From assembly GCA_963722075.1 (NCBI GenBank), contig CAVRJM010000001.1:384001-448000 (forward strand): a DNA stretch of 64,000 nucleotides, written 5' to 3'. The translations under genes were made by a program, and so were the position numbers. Shown here piece after piece: positions 19,490 to 30,762 of the stretch. The stretch's first letter is position 1. The number at the start of each line of letters is the position of its first letter. The notes beneath the pieces are model-generated. The model ran no database searches and was not told where the DNA came from. It saw only the letters and a list, made by a program, of their open reading frames with translations. This DNA comes from Candidatus Babeliales bacterium (GTDB lineage: Bacteria > Babelota > Babeliae > Babelales > JANWKD01).

Positions 19490-21391
19490 ATGAAATTTTG
19501 TAAAATCTTATTACTGTCTATAGGTTTGTTGGGACTTTTATGTCCTCAATTTATGGAAAGCATGGACCTAAAGTCATATGCTATTAAGCATTCATCAGCC
19601 CTTGTATCACATATACTGAACCATAAATACACTTACTTAGGAATAGGCGCATTAGCGTGCCTTGGAGGTATATATGGTGGTTATAGCTTATACCGTAAGG
19701 CTTACCAGCAACCTCAGTCTCAGCCTCAAATAAAAAAGGAGCTTCGTAGCTTATTATTGGGGCGTCCTTTGATCGTTGATAAAAATGACTTGTTGTCTAA
19801 ACGAGAAGAACGTAATAAACGGTTGTTGTTGAATGAAATGAGCGGGATAATTAATGAATATAAAAATTTAAAAAAATTTATTCTTCCTACTAATGAATAT
19901 CCAGCATATAAAATAAATAAAATGGTGCCATCTACCACGCCACTTGCCTATGAAACGCTTGATAAATTGGTTGATCTCTTTTTTTGCATGATGCAAAGAA
20001 GTGTTTTTAATAAACAAGATTATTGGATAAACCATACCAATCCGCAACAGTTTCTTAATCATCTTAGTAACAATGAAGAAGAACCTCAATTTAATCCGTT
20101 TATGCAAAAAATAGTAGTAAACCCAGGATCCCAAATAGCTTTTCAGGGTGATTTGCATGGTGATGTGCATTCGTTACTAGCAAGTTTGGATGCGTTAAAA
20201 GAAAAAGGATATTTAGATGAAAATTATAAAATAATAAAAGATAATTTTTATTTGGCTTTTTTAGGTGACTATGTTGATAAAGGCATATACGGCTTAGAAG
20301 TTATTTCGGTAATTATGTACCTAAAATGTCTTAACTTTAATAAGGTTCTTTTAGTGCGTGGGAATCATGAAGATTGGTATATATCGGGGACTGACATGTT
20401 TGACGCTGAAATATGCCGCAAGTTCCAGCTTGATGAAGATAATGATATTGGCAATAAGTACGCCAATATTACCAAAAAAATAAAAAAGATGTATGAATGC
20501 TTGCCAGTGGCTATATTTTATGGAGTGCGTGATACCACCAATACAACCAATTATCTTTTGTTATGCCATGGAGCAGTTGAATGGGGTGTAAATACTCATA
20601 ATCTTCTGAGTCATAATAATAGCGTTGCATTTGAGCAAATAAAATCGCTCAACCGCAAAACAGAGTTAAATAATTTAATGCACAATGATGAAATTTTTAA
20701 AAAGTTAGATGATTTTGTGCATCTCGATGAGCGAAATAATACGGCATTCAACTTACATAGTCCCGATTATGAAGTAAGCAGTATTGCAGGAGGTATTGAT
20801 GATGGTAAGGCTATCTCTTTTGTATGGGGTGATTATATTGTAAAATCTGATGCCGAGCGCAAATCTGCTACCAGTAATTTTAAATTTATTTTGCCTGGCA
20901 GGTTATTTCAGATTGGGGAATATTTCAATTGGATGGTATTAAAAGGATATAGCACTCCTCATCATAAAGTTCGTGGAGTATTTCGCGGGCATCAGCATGC
21001 TGCTGAGATTGAAAATCCAATGATGCAAAGTATTTTCAAAAGAATCTCTTTTGATTCAAAAACATCGGGGTCAGAGATTGATGAATATTCGCATGATTAC
21101 AAAGAAAATGCAGGAGTGAGTAAGCTATGGCTTTCAAGCGCGCCGCCAAATACGTATGCATTATGGGATAATATTGTCTGCACCTTTAATGTAAGCCCAT
21201 GTACTACTTGCCAACAGGCGGGGATTATCAAAAAAAATGATAAAACTAAACACAAGTTTAATTTTACAACACTTGGGATGCTTACCACTGCATCAGCATT
21301 TGAAGATTGGAAATTAGACGTAAGTCGCATAAAAATATTTAATAAAAATGTTTTTCAAGAATTGCAGGCCCAAAACAATAAGCAACAATAG
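19490..21391 (+). CDS. secreted PPP-family Ser/Thr protein phosphatase (calcineurin-like)
   Basis: GDLHG, GDYVDKG, RGNHE, CHG, RGHQ; signal peptide plus extra TM. Confidence 0.9.
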   Translation: MKFCKILLLSIGLLGLLCPQFMESMDLKSYAIKHSSALVSHILNHKYTYLGIGALACLGGIYGGYSLYRKAYQQPQSQPQIKKELRSLLLGRPLIVDKNDLLSKREERNKRLLLNEMSGIINEYKNLKKFILPTNEYPAYKINKMVPSTTPLAYETLDKLVDLFFCMMQRSVFNKQDYWINHTNPQQFLNHLSNNEEEPQFNPFMQKIVVNPGSQIAFQGDLHGDVHSLLASLDALKEKGYLDENYKIIKDNFYLAFLGDYVDKGIYGLEVISVIMYLKCLNFNKVLLVRGNHEDWYISGTDMFDAEICRKFQLDEDNDIGNKYANITKKIKKMYECLPVAIFYGVRDTTNTTNYLLLCHGAVEWGVNTHNLLSHNNSVAFEQIKSLNRKTELNNLMHNDEIFKKLDDFVHLDERNNTAFNLHSPDYEVSSIAGGIDDGKAISFVWGDYIVKSDAERKSATSNFKFILPGRLFQIGEYFNWMVLKGYSTPHHKVRGVFRGHQHAAEIENPMMQSIFKRISFDSKTSGSEIDEYSHDYKENAGVSKLWLSSAPPNTYALWDNIVCTFNVSPCTTCQQAGIIKKNDKTKHKFNFTTLGMLTTASAFEDWKLDVSRIKIFNKNVFQELQAQNNKQQ

Positions 21392-21703
21392 AAATTCATT
21401 CATATGGCGAATTTTATACGCGTAATGATTTTAAGTTTTTAAATTCGATAAACACATCTATTTGAAAATTTATAATTAGTATTATGGTAATTTGCTAATC
21501 AGATTTTGTTGTTTAGAATTAACTGATTAATAATATTGCGTATCAAAATTATGTTTTTCATTCAAATTTAATCATATTTTATATTTGTTTTTCATTTTAG
21601 CGATCCAGTGCCGCAAACAGAAGATGTTTGACGGCTTGTTGCTTTTGGCGTATCGTTAATTGCCAATAATCGTCAATTACTGTATCAAAGAAAGGATTTT
21701 GCT

Positions 21704-23341
21704 ATGCAATTATATGGAATATGCTTACTAAGTTTATTGCTGTCATCATTATTAACATCATATGGTATGGAGGCTGATACAACGCCAATTGATATGGCTG
21801 ATATAATAGATGAGATGAAAGCAGTTATTCCTCAATATGCTAAGCTGGATAAGTTCATGATGGATGGCAATTATTTTCGCGCCTCTGCTTTTAAAAGTTA
21901 TATCCCAAAAAAAACGCCACTATCGTACGACCTTTTAGATAAACTATTTACTTGTTTTTTTTATAGGATGCAAAATAATCCTGTTAGCCAGCAAACAAAT
22001 TGGAGCGATAATACTAATCCTCAAGAATTTTTTCATTCAATTCTTTCTGCTAAAAAAGAAGAAGAAGTGCCCTTTAGGCCTTATATGCAAAAAATGGTAG
22101 TTGCGCCGGGGTCAGAAAAAAATTTTCAAGGTGATTTGCACGGCGATGTTCATTCATTATTGGAAACCCTCCAAGGATTGCAAGAAAAAGGATATTTAGA
22201 TGATAATTACAAAATAATAAAAGATAATTTTTATCTTGCTTTTTTAGGGGATTATGTAGATAAGGGTATCTATGGCATAGAGGTTATTTCATTAATTTTA
22301 TATTTAAAATGTCTCAACTTTGATAATGTATTGCTGGTACGTGGTAATCATGAAGATTGGACCATTTGCGGTAATGAAGCATTTGGAAGTGGGGAGCTTC
22401 CTTTAAAATTCCCTAAAGAAAATGATGAACTGCGTAATAAAATTCAAAAAATGTATGAATGCTTACCGGTTGCTATATTTTATGGGGTCCCAGATGCCAA
22501 CAATATAACTAATTATGCTTTATTGTGCCATGGCGGGGTAGAGATGGGAGTTGATACCCATAATCTTCTTCCTCATCCCAAAGCTATTACATTTGAACAA
22601 ATAAAAACTATTGATCGCGTTACTCAAGCAAATAAATTAAAGGCGCTAGAGCGTTATAAGCAATTAATTGCATTAAATGCTTGTGCAGTAGAGGCTTTAG
22701 AAAGAGAAATTTTTAGAGTTAATAGTTTTGTTCCTGAAATATTACCAGACGTTGGATTTGCATGGAATGATTATTATGTTAAGCCCGATGACAAACGGAA
22801 TAATGAGGATGGCTTTAAGTGGGCAAAAATTTATCCTGGCAGAGGTATAATAATAGGAGAACTTTTTAATCAATTGGTTTTAGAAGCATATAGTACAGAG
22901 CATCACAAAGTGCGCGTCGTAATACGCGGTCATCAACATAATAATGCGCATATGGATGAAATGATGCAAAGTGTTTTCAAGAAAAAATCATTTGGTCAAA
23001 AACAGACCAAAGAATCAGCGATTGATCTTGCATCGAACGATTATTATGAAAATAAAGGGGTGAGCAAATTGTGGCTTTCTCAATCGCCTCCTCATGCGCA
23101 CTCAGTATGGCCTAATTTGGTATGCACAATCAATGTTAGTCCCTGCACTTTTTACCAAAATGTGGGCATTGTAAATAAAGGTGTTCTCTCTAAAATTAAA
23201 CATAAATTTAATTTTGCTACGGTAGGAATTTTAAAAACTGCAGCATCATTTGAAGATTGGAAGTTAACAGTAGTCCGCAAAGAGATATTTGGCAAAGATG
23301 AATTCCAATTATTACAAAATAAAAAAAATAGTAAAAATTAA
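21704..23341 (+). CDS. secreted PPP-family Ser/Thr protein phosphatase (paralog)
   Basis: GDLHG, GDYVDKG, RGNHE, CHGG, RGHQ; signal peptide. Confidence 0.9.
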   Translation: MQLYGICLLSLLLSSLLTSYGMEADTTPIDMADIIDEMKAVIPQYAKLDKFMMDGNYFRASAFKSYIPKKTPLSYDLLDKLFTCFFYRMQNNPVSQQTNWSDNTNPQEFFHSILSAKKEEEVPFRPYMQKMVVAPGSEKNFQGDLHGDVHSLLETLQGLQEKGYLDDNYKIIKDNFYLAFLGDYVDKGIYGIEVISLILYLKCLNFDNVLLVRGNHEDWTICGNEAFGSGELPLKFPKENDELRNKIQKMYECLPVAIFYGVPDANNITNYALLCHGGVEMGVDTHNLLPHPKAITFEQIKTIDRVTQANKLKALERYKQLIALNACAVEALEREIFRVNSFVPEILPDVGFAWNDYYVKPDDKRNNEDGFKWAKIYPGRGIIIGELFNQLVLEAYSTEHHKVRVVIRGHQHNNAHMDEMMQSVFKKKSFGQKQTKESAIDLASNDYYENKGVSKLWLSQSPPHAHSVWPNLVCTINVSPCTFYQNVGIVNKGVLSKIKHKFNFATVGILKTAASFEDWKLTVVRKEIFGKDEFQLLQNKKNSKN

Positions 23342-23456
23342 CGTGTTTCTAAATTTTCAAATGAGATCGCTATTAAAATTTGAAAATAATATGATTGCTT
23401 GTTTGAAAATTTAAAATGAAATAATCTCTAATAACGCATTTTATATGTCAAAAATC

Positions 23457-23485
23457 ATATTGCCCTCGAGCAACGGGGGCAATAT
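23457..23485. terminator. hairpin/terminator upstream of carD
   Basis: ATATTGCCCTCG/CGGGGGCAATAT stem. Confidence 0.5.
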
Positions 23486-23655
23486 CAAAAATCTTTTTTT
23501 GTTTTTAATTTAAGGCAATTTTATTTGCAGATTTTGATTGAACCTTCTGTAATTAGTTTTCAACGGTTTTAAATTCTTTTTTATATGATATACTATTTTA
23601 GTACTGGTAAGCTTTTATCGTAGTCAGGGTTTTCTTAAAAAAAAGGGATTGCCCT

Positions 23656-24192
23656 ATGTTTGGCTTACATGATAAAGTTGTTTACCCTGGTCATGGTGTT
23701 GCTAAAGTAAATAGAATCGTTGAGAAGATAGTAGCAGGAAGACTTGCATCATTCTATGAGTTGAAATTTTTAAATAAAGATATGACGGTCTTAATTCCCA
23801 TTGAAAATACCGAAGGTATTGGCCTTAGGCCGCTCAGCTCAACCAATAGAATCGATAATATTTTTAAAATACTTGCCCAACCAGCAAAAAAAATTAAGCA
23901 ATATGAGTTACTTGCTAATAATTGGAACAAGCGCAATAAGGAATATCAATTAAAATTACGTACCGGAAATATCGAAGAAATATCTGAAATCTATAAAGAT
24001 CTAAAGCATATTTCGCAGCAAAAAGAGCTTTCATTTGGTGAAAAAAACTTGCTTAATCAAACCGAAAATTTGCTTGCCGAAGAGATTTCAATTGTCAGAA
24101 AATTAGAAGCAGACAAAACAATAGAATATCTTCGCTCAATGTTTAATTCAGCCTTGGAGAGTATGGTAGCAAAAGATCAAAAAATGTTATAA
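23656..24192 (+). CDS. carD: CarD family transcriptional regulator
   Basis: DKVVYPGHGV, GLRP, NWNKR, LSFGEK. Confidence 0.93.
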   Translation: MFGLHDKVVYPGHGVAKVNRIVEKIVAGRLASFYELKFLNKDMTVLIPIENTEGIGLRPLSSTNRIDNIFKILAQPAKKIKQYELLANNWNKRNKEYQLKLRTGNIEEISEIYKDLKHISQQKELSFGEKNLLNQTENLLAEEISIVRKLEADKTIEYLRSMFNSALESMVAKDQKML

Positions 24193-24208
24193 AAGGTAAT
24201 AGTTATTA

Positions 24209-24244
24209 ATAAGGAGAATAGCTTTATTCTCCTTATCTTTTTTT
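24209..24244 (+). terminator. intrinsic terminator-like hairpin between carD and miaA
   Basis: ATAAGGAGAATA/TATTCTCCTTAT followed by a T tract. Confidence 0.65.
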
Positions 24245-24248
24245 ATGT

Positions 24249-25217
24249 ATGAAAATAATAGTTATAGTAGGTTCTACCGGTGTTGGTAAAACTGATTTTG
24301 CTTTGGAGCTTGCACAATGCGCTCCTATAGAAATTATTAACGCTGACCTTGGTCAGTTTTATGAGCCTTTTTCCATTGGCACTGCAAAACCAGATTGGAA
24401 AAATAGTACAGTACCACATCATCTTTTTGATATTGTTACCACTCCTTCTTTAATTACCGCATATAATTTTCGATTGCTGGTCAAAAAAATAGCTGATGAG
24501 ATTATAGCGCGGGGTAATGTTCCGGTACTAGTAGGTGGATCTACCTTTTACGTCGAATCACTTTTTTTTGAATTACCACACGTTTCTTTAATAAATAATG
24601 TTGTATCAAAAGAATCATATAATGCAAAAGATACTAACGATTTATGGCAGGAACTTAACGCTATTGACGCGTTACGCGCTCAACATATTCATCATAATGA
24701 TCGATACCGTATCATACGCGCTTTACAGCAATGGCATCAAACAGGGATGCGGCCTTCCGATTTAAAACCAGTCTTTAATCCACTCTATCCATTTGAATAT
24801 ATCTATTTAAAACGAGAACGAGATGATCTATACGACCGGATCAACCAACGCGTATCTAGTATGTTACAAGCAGGATGGCTTGATGAAATACGTGATATGA
24901 TACTCAATACACCATGGGAACAATTTGTAATGGAGAAAAAATTTATTGGCTATCCCGATTTAATCAATTACTGTAAGAATAATGATGTATCATCATTACA
25001 AACAGTAAGCGCCCTCATTGCTCAAAAAACGAGAAACTATGCTAAACGTCAAGAAACATATTGGCGCCGGTTAGAAAAAAAAATATACAATTGCTTAGTT
25101 ACAACTCCTGAGTATACTAATACTCAAGCATCATGTATTACTTCTTATAATATAACTAGTAACAGTAGCAAAACTATTATTAACCAAATGTGCAATACTA
25201 TAGGTAAAAAGAAGTGA
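24249..25217 (+). CDS. miaA: tRNA dimethylallyltransferase
   Basis: GSTGVGKT, IGTAKP, PHHL, VGGS, RIIRAL, TRNYAKRQ. Confidence 0.95.
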   Translation: MKIIVIVGSTGVGKTDFALELAQCAPIEIINADLGQFYEPFSIGTAKPDWKNSTVPHHLFDIVTTPSLITAYNFRLLVKKIADEIIARGNVPVLVGGSTFYVESLFFELPHVSLINNVVSKESYNAKDTNDLWQELNAIDALRAQHIHHNDRYRIIRALQQWHQTGMRPSDLKPVFNPLYPFEYIYLKRERDDLYDRINQRVSSMLQAGWLDEIRDMILNTPWEQFVMEKKFIGYPDLINYCKNNDVSSLQTVSALIAQKTRNYAKRQETYWRRLEKKIYNCLVTTPEYTNTQASCITSYNITSNSSKTIINQMCNTIGKKK

Positions 25218-25226
25218 GTTACGTAT

Positions 25227-25850
25227 ATGAAATTTGATGATAAATATTCTTGTTCCCAAGCGGAAAGCTCCGCGTTGTGTCAATCTTGTACCACTAACGC
25301 TGATTATTTAATTATTCCTAAAAAAACAGTCAGTATTAGTGTTGCGTGCTTATTATTACTTTTTTTCTTTATTTTTGCCGCTGGGTATTTCATGGGTAAA
25401 AAAAAGCTTGCGCATGATTTTTGTCAGGAAGTTGAGCGCACCAGCTTTTCAGATCAACTGAATTTTGCGCTAACCGCGGCATATGATAAACAGCCATCTG
25501 TACCAACGCCATGTACTCCTGAAGCTGAAGAAATACAATTGATTGAGACTCAGCCAATACAAGCGACGGTTACTACTCCTGTAGTGGTAACACAAAAAAA
25601 ATGGGCTGCTCAATTAATGGGAGGCTCCCATAAAGATGTCACTGCTTTTGCTTCGCGCTTACAGAAGCAAGAAATTACGGTTATAGTAAAAAAAAGAACG
25701 GGAAGAACAGCTCATGGTAATCCGGTTCATTGGTATCAAGCAGTTACCCCACCGTTTGATAATGAGCAGGAACTTAAAAAAGTAGTGGAACGTATTAAAA
25801 AATTAGAAAATATTAAAGTTACGAGCAATACAATAGTACAACTAGCATAG
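25227..25850 (+). CDS. membrane-anchored protein with SPOR-like C-terminal domain
   Basis: One TM (FAAGYFMG), Pro/Thr linker, C-terminal WAAQL...WYQAVTPPF. Confidence 0.6.
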   Translation: MKFDDKYSCSQAESSALCQSCTTNADYLIIPKKTVSISVACLLLLFFFIFAAGYFMGKKKLAHDFCQEVERTSFSDQLNFALTAAYDKQPSVPTPCTPEAEEIQLIETQPIQATVTTPVVVTQKKWAAQLMGGSHKDVTAFASRLQKQEITVIVKKRTGRTAHGNPVHWYQAVTPPFDNEQELKKVVERIKKLENIKVTSNTIVQLA

Positions 25851-25871
25851 GTACTTGTCCGAAAGGCATTT

Positions 25872-27827
25872 ATGATTACTGAGATTCGTAAACAGTTAAA
25901 AGGAACTGGATTTAAAATTGTTTTGTGGATAACACTAGCATCAATGATTGTAGTGTTTATACCAAATTTATTTAAACGAGGCGGAGAAGGATACCATGCC
26001 ACCTTGGCAACTATTAATGGAAGGATTATAGAATTTATCGATTTTGAACGCCGCGCACTTCAAGAAACAGAACGCTTAAATCTTTTCCGCCAACAATTTG
26101 GTGAACAAGCAGATATCATCTTTAAAAGCTTGGGCATCGCTGACCCCAAAACAATGGCTATTAATGGCCTTATTCAAGATACGCTACTCGATGAAGTTGC
26201 TGATACGCTCAATATACGCGTTTCTCCTGAATTTATTCAAAGAAAAATTAATGATCCTTCATATGTTGCTACCGACCTTGCCGAAGTAGTACCTTTTTAT
26301 GTTATCGATCAGCAGGGTATTAATATGACCTTACTCAATAGATATCTAAGCTATAATAGGCTTTCTATGCAACAATTTGAACAACATATTGAAGATCAGA
26401 TAAAACGTAATATAGTTCTTGCAATTGCCGATAATAGTGCCTACGTTTCTTCTAAAGAAGTAAAAAACTATTTTGCGCAAAACTTTTTAGGCCGAGAATA
26501 TACCATTGTTACCTTTCCTTTTGATGTATATTTAAAAAAAGTACAAAAAGAACCATTGCCAGAGCAAGAACTAGCAACCTATTTTGACAAACAACAAAAA
26601 AACTATTTCACCCCTGAAATAAGAAACATACAGCAATGGAAATTCTCACCGCAATCATATGGTATTACGGTAACTGATCAAGATATAAGTAATTATTATA
26701 ATGCTCATAAAAATAGATATGTTGAATCGCCATTACAAGTACAAGTTCGTAGAATATTAATTAAAGTTAATGAGATTGATGAAAAAACTGCTGCCGCTGC
26801 ACAAGAAAAAGCATTAAGCATTAAAAAACAATTACAGCAGCATCCGGCAGATTTTGAGAAAATTGCGCGAGAATCATCTGATGATAAAGCATCTGCACCA
26901 AAAGGCGGTCTTCTTGATTTCTTTAAAAAGGGCCAAAAAGATGACTCTTTTGAAAAAGCAGCATTTAGACTTCAAAATGATAATGATATCTCTGATGTAT
27001 TTTCGACCAATGAGGGATTTGAAATTATCCAACGTGTAGCACGCAAGCCAACTACCTACAAGCCATTAGAACAAGTAAGCGCAGAGATTAAGGCTGCGGT
27101 AAAAGATCAAAAATTTAAAACGCAATTTACTGAAGACGTTACTAAGCTTTTGAATAAGCCAAAGGACCAACTAGAGAAATTGATGAAAGAATTTGTAGCC
27201 AATAAACATGCTTCTAGCGAAAAATTATCGCTCAAAGCCGATGGATCGCCGCTGGCTGAACGAGTATTTAAGCTAAAAGAAGGTGAATGGGCATATCTTA
27301 TCTCTGGTAATGATGGCTTAGTGATTATGATCACTGCAATCGAAAAACGCCATAAACCTGAATTTGCTGTTGTAAAAAAGCAAGTAGAGGCAGATCTCTA
27401 TAAAGAGAAAGCAATGGCTCTCATTAAAAAGGATCTGGAAGAAGCTAAAAATCAACCGGTTGATAGTATTAAAAGTAAATACCCGGGTGTTACGATACAA
27501 AAAACCGACCTTCTTAAAAAAGATGACAATGAGAAATTAAATGATTTGGCGACCAAAGGGGTGCCCGTATCGGTTTTTGATTCAATAACTAATGAAGGGC
27601 ATAGTACAACCATAATGCATGAAAATAATGGGTATTTCATAAGTGTCGGACAGGTTGAACCTTTCAAGCAAGAATCTTTTGATGCTCATAAAGATAAGAT
27701 CAAAGCACTCTTATATGATGAGCAAAAGAAGATCGTGCAAAAAGGCTTTATTGCTTCTTTATATAGAAATGCTACAATAAATCTTACAAAATCATTGTTA
27801 AATATCCAAGACGAAAATAGCTTATGA
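25872..27827 (+). CDS. PpiD/SurA-type periplasmic chaperone with parvulin domain
   Basis: N-terminal TM, SurA_N region, parvulin [22 protein letters not shown]. Confidence 0.88.
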   Translation: MITEIRKQLKGTGFKIVLWITLASMIVVFIPNLFKRGGEGYHATLATINGRIIEFIDFERRALQETERLNLFRQQFGEQADIIFKSLGIADPKTMAINGLIQDTLLDEVADTLNIRVSPEFIQRKINDPSYVATDLAEVVPFYVIDQQGINMTLLNRYLSYNRLSMQQFEQHIEDQIKRNIVLAIADNSAYVSSKEVKNYFAQNFLGREYTIVTFPFDVYLKKVQKEPLPEQELATYFDKQQKNYFTPEIRNIQQWKFSPQSYGITVTDQDISNYYNAHKNRYVESPLQVQVRRILIKVNEIDEKTAAAAQEKALSIKKQLQQHPADFEKIARESSDDKASAPKGGLLDFFKKGQKDDSFEKAAFRLQNDNDISDVFSTNEGFEIIQRVARKPTTYKPLEQVSAEIKAAVKDQKFKTQFTEDVTKLLNKPKDQLEKLMKEFVANKHASSEKLSLKADGSPLAERVFKLKEGEWAYLISGNDGLVIMITAIEKRHKPEFAVVKKQVEADLYKEKAMALIKKDLEEAKNQPVDSIKSKYPGVTIQKTDLLKKDDNEKLNDLATKGVPVSVFDSITNEGHSTTIMHENNGYFISVGQVEPFKQESFDAHKDKIKALLYDEQKKIVQKGFIASLYRNATINLTKSLLNIQDENSL

Positions 27828-28909
27828 GTACCAAAGCAGAAAAAAAAGTTGAACAACATACTCAATTAGAATCAAAAAAGAAAGCCTTAGAAGTTACTTT
27901 TTCCCAGATCGATAAAGAATACGGGAAAGGCTCGGTAATGTTACTGGGGCAAAACACCCATATTAAGATTGATACCATTTCAACCGGCTCAATACTGCTT
28001 GATAATGCTATCGGCATTGGTGGGTTCCCCTTAGGAAGAATAATTGAAATTTACGGCCCTGAAGCCTCAGGCAAGACAACGCTTGCGTTACATTCTATTG
28101 CACAAGCGCAAAAAAGAGGCGGTATCTGCGCGTTTATCGATGCAGAGCACGCTTTAGATGCTACGTACGCATCGAACTTAGGAATCAATATTAATGAGCT
28201 GATTATATCGCAACCTGATTATGGTGAACAAGCGCTTGATATCGCAGAAATGCTTATTAGATCTGGCGCGGTTGATATTGTCGTTATCGACTCAGTAGCA
28301 GCGCTCGTTCCTAAAGCAGAAGTAGAAGGTGATATGGGAGATGTTCATATGGGTCTTCAAGCACGTTTGATGTCACAAGCATTACGTAAGCTTACTCCTA
28401 TCGTGCATAAATCAAAAACTGGTTTAATTTTCATAAACCAAACGCGTAGTAATCTTAATAGCATGCCTTTTGCAAGCAAGGAAACGACGACGGGTGGTAA
28501 TGCGCTTAAATTTTATGCGTCCTTGCGTATGGAAGTACGTCGTATAGCAAGCCTTAAAAAGAATGATAAACATTTTGGTAATAGAATTGCGGTAAAAATA
28601 GTAAAAAATAAGATGGCTCCTCCTTTCAAGAGGGTTGAGCTTGATCTGCTGTTTAGTCAAGGAATCAGTAAAGAACTTGATCTTTTAGACGCAGCATTAG
28701 CATACGAGGTAATTACCCAAGCAGGCTCATGGTTCTCTTATAAAGGTGAAAAGTTTGCTCAAGGAAGAGAGCAGGCACTTACCTATTTGAAGGATCATGA
28801 AGAGTGGACGGATGCAGTAGCTCAAGAAGTAGTGCGCACCTCTACTACTGCCGATCCTCATATGCTCAATAATAATAGTGAAGATGTTGTCAGTTTACAT
28901 GAAGTATAG
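27824..28909 (+). CDS. recA: recombinase RecA
   Basis: [34 protein letters not shown]. Confidence 0.99.
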   Translation: MSTKAEKKVEQHTQLESKKKALEVTFSQIDKEYGKGSVMLLGQNTHIKIDTISTGSILLDNAIGIGGFPLGRIIEIYGPEASGKTTLALHSIAQAQKRGGICAFIDAEHALDATYASNLGININELIISQPDYGEQALDIAEMLIRSGAVDIVVIDSVAALVPKAEVEGDMGDVHMGLQARLMSQALRKLTPIVHKSKTGLIFINQTRSNLNSMPFASKETTTGGNALKFYASLRMEVRRIASLKKNDKHFGNRIAVKIVKNKMAPPFKRVELDLLFSQGISKELDLLDAALAYEVITQAGSWFSYKGEKFAQGREQALTYLKDHEEWTDAVAQEVVRTSTTADPHMLNNNSEDVVSLHEV

Positions 28910-28915
28910 TAAGGA

Positions 28916-29488
28916 ATGATCATTAACTTGAAAAATCTCAAACCAGAAAAAGTGGTTCAACCGATTAATGAAAACATCCGTTTTCCACGGGTTCAATTAA
29001 TTACTCACGACGGCCAAAATATTGGCGTTGTTTCTCGCGATGAGGCATTAAGAACGGCTCAATTGGCTGGGTTAGACCTTGTTTTAATAGCAGAAAAAGG
29101 CAGCGAGGGGTACCCCGTTACTAAAATCATGGATTTTGGTAAACTATTATATGCTAAGAAGAAAAAGCAATCAGAAGCTAAAAAACATCAAAAGACTATT
29201 CAGATTAAAGAAATAAAGCTTCGTCCTAAGATTGGTGAGCATGATTTCTTAACTAAAATGAATCAATGCCTTCAATTTTTAAAAGATGGCAAACATGTAA
29301 AGATCACGGTTGCTTTTAGAGGACGTGAAATGTTATCAAAAGAAGAACGTGGATCTCAGATATTTGATAAAATTAATAGCTTTTTAGAAGAAAATGATTT
29401 GAAATCAGGTGTTAACCTGGTACAGGAAAAAGATCTTAAACTTGGTCAACTGTGGTCAAGAAATTATTATATGAAATCAGGAAAATAG
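28916..29488 (+). CDS. infC: translation initiation factor IF-3 (true start probably ATT at 28922)
   Basis: INENIR, LDLVLI, MDFGK, KEIKLRPKI, FRGRE. Confidence 0.96.
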   Translation: MIINLKNLKPEKVVQPINENIRFPRVQLITHDGQNIGVVSRDEALRTAQLAGLDLVLIAEKGSEGYPVTKIMDFGKLLYAKKKKQSEAKKHQKTIQIKEIKLRPKIGEHDFLTKMNQCLQFLKDGKHVKITVAFRGREMLSKEERGSQIFDKINSFLEENDLKSGVNLVQEKDLKLGQLWSRNYYMKSGK

Positions 29489-29495
29489 GGATTAT

Positions 29496-29690
29496 ATGCC
29501 AAAAATGAAAACCCATTCAGGCGCACGTAAGCGTTTGAAAAAACTAAAAAGCGGTCGCGTTAAATTAACCCGTGCTGGACGTCGCCACTTATTAACAAAA
29601 AAATCAGCACGGAGAAAAAGAAGCTTGCGCCATCCAGCATATGTTAATAGCGCTAATCAAAGTGCCGTTAATAGAATGTTACCTTATTGA
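29496..29690 (+). CDS. rpmI: 50S ribosomal protein L35
   Basis: MPKMKTHSGARKR, HLLTKKS. Confidence 0.97.
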   Translation: MPKMKTHSGARKRLKKLKSGRVKLTRAGRRHLLTKKSARRKRSLRHPAYVNSANQSAVNRMLPY

Positions 29691-29789
29691 TGGTAAAAGC
29701 AACGATGACAATTGAAGGTATGCATATTGCTTAAATAAAGCAATATGCTTTATTTATTTAATATAGTTAATTATAGCAAGGATTTTATT

Positions 29790-30137
29790 ATGACACGTGT
29801 AAAACGCGGTACAGTAACCAAAAAGAGACATAAAAGAATATTAAAGCTGGCAAAAGGATATTGGGGTCAGCGTAAGAACATTATTAAGCGAGCAAAAGAA
29901 ACCCTACTACGTGCGATGGCATTTGCTTATAAAGGCCGCAAACTGAAAAAACGTGATATGCGCGCGCTCTTTATTACCCGTATTGGTGCAGCGTGTAAAC
30001 AACGCGGAACTTCTTACAATAAGTTTATGCATGGTTTAAAAGAAGCAGAAGTTCATCTGAATCGTAAAATGTTAAGCCAGCTGGCTATTTTTGAGCCAGA
30101 AGCGTTCACTAAGCTCGTACATTTGAGCCAAAAATAA
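29790..30137 (+). CDS. rplT: 50S ribosomal protein L20
   Basis: MTRVKRG, AKGYWG, LNRKMLSQLA. Confidence 0.97.
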   Translation: MTRVKRGTVTKKRHKRILKLAKGYWGQRKNIIKRAKETLLRAMAFAYKGRKLKKRDMRALFITRIGAACKQRGTSYNKFMHGLKEAEVHLNRKMLSQLAIFEPEAFTKLVHLSQK

Positions 30138-30205
30138 TTATTGACTTTAGTTAATGTAACTCCATAAGCTTAATTTTAAGAAAATAGTTCAAAAAAGGAG
30201 AGCGC

Positions 30206-30472
30206 ATGGAAACATTACAAATTCTTGAACAAAAAACAATCCAGTTAGTTACTCTGGTTAAAGAGCTTCAAGAAGAAATCAAAATATTAAAGGCTGAAAA
30301 CGCATTATTAGAGCAACATAAAAGTAAGCTTACCGAAGAATTAGAAGAAATTAAAACAACACACATTAGTGATCAAACACATATAGAAGAAGAAAAAGCA
30401 CTTGCGCGATTAGCAATTGATGAAATTATAAAAAATATTGATTCTTTAGTTAATAACACAAGTTCACTATGA
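30206..30472 (+). CDS. zapB: ZapB-like coiled-coil cell division protein
   Basis: All coiled coil, strong AGGAG RBS, overlaps the zapA start. Confidence 0.6.
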   Translation: METLQILEQKTIQLVTLVKELQEEIKILKAENALLEQHKSKLTEELEEIKTTHISDQTHIEEEKALARLAIDEIIKNIDSLVNNTSSL

Positions 30473-30744
30473 AACATGAAGTAAAAAAGTATACGGTTTC
30501 TATATTTGGCGATACGTATACATTACTGAGCGATGAATCAGAAGTGAATGTGCTAAAAGCGGCATTGCAGGTTGATGAACTCATTAAAGAAGTTGTACAA
30601 AAAATGCCAAGCCTGAGCAATTATAATGTGGCTATTTTAGTTGGTTTAAAATTGGCACTTAAGCACCTTGTTTTAGAAACAGAGTACAATAATAATAACT
30701 TTGTTATTAAAAAAATTATCGACCAAATTGAAGATAAAATATAA
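30469..30744 (+). CDS. zapA: cell division protein ZapA
   Basis: VSIFGDTYTL...AALQVD...VAILVGLKLA; position upstream of rny. Confidence 0.82.
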   Translation: MKHEVKKYTVSIFGDTYTLLSDESEVNVLKAALQVDELIKEVVQKMPSLSNYNVAILVGLKLALKHLVLETEYNNNNFVIKKIIDQIEDKI

Positions 30745-30762
30745 GCCGTCTCATCATTAATT

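Noticed and set aside
21610..21636. Hairpin GCCGCAAACA/TGTTTGACGGC in the leader of the second phosphatase
   Set aside because: Single short stem with no T tract or recognisable riboswitch motif; insufficient support.
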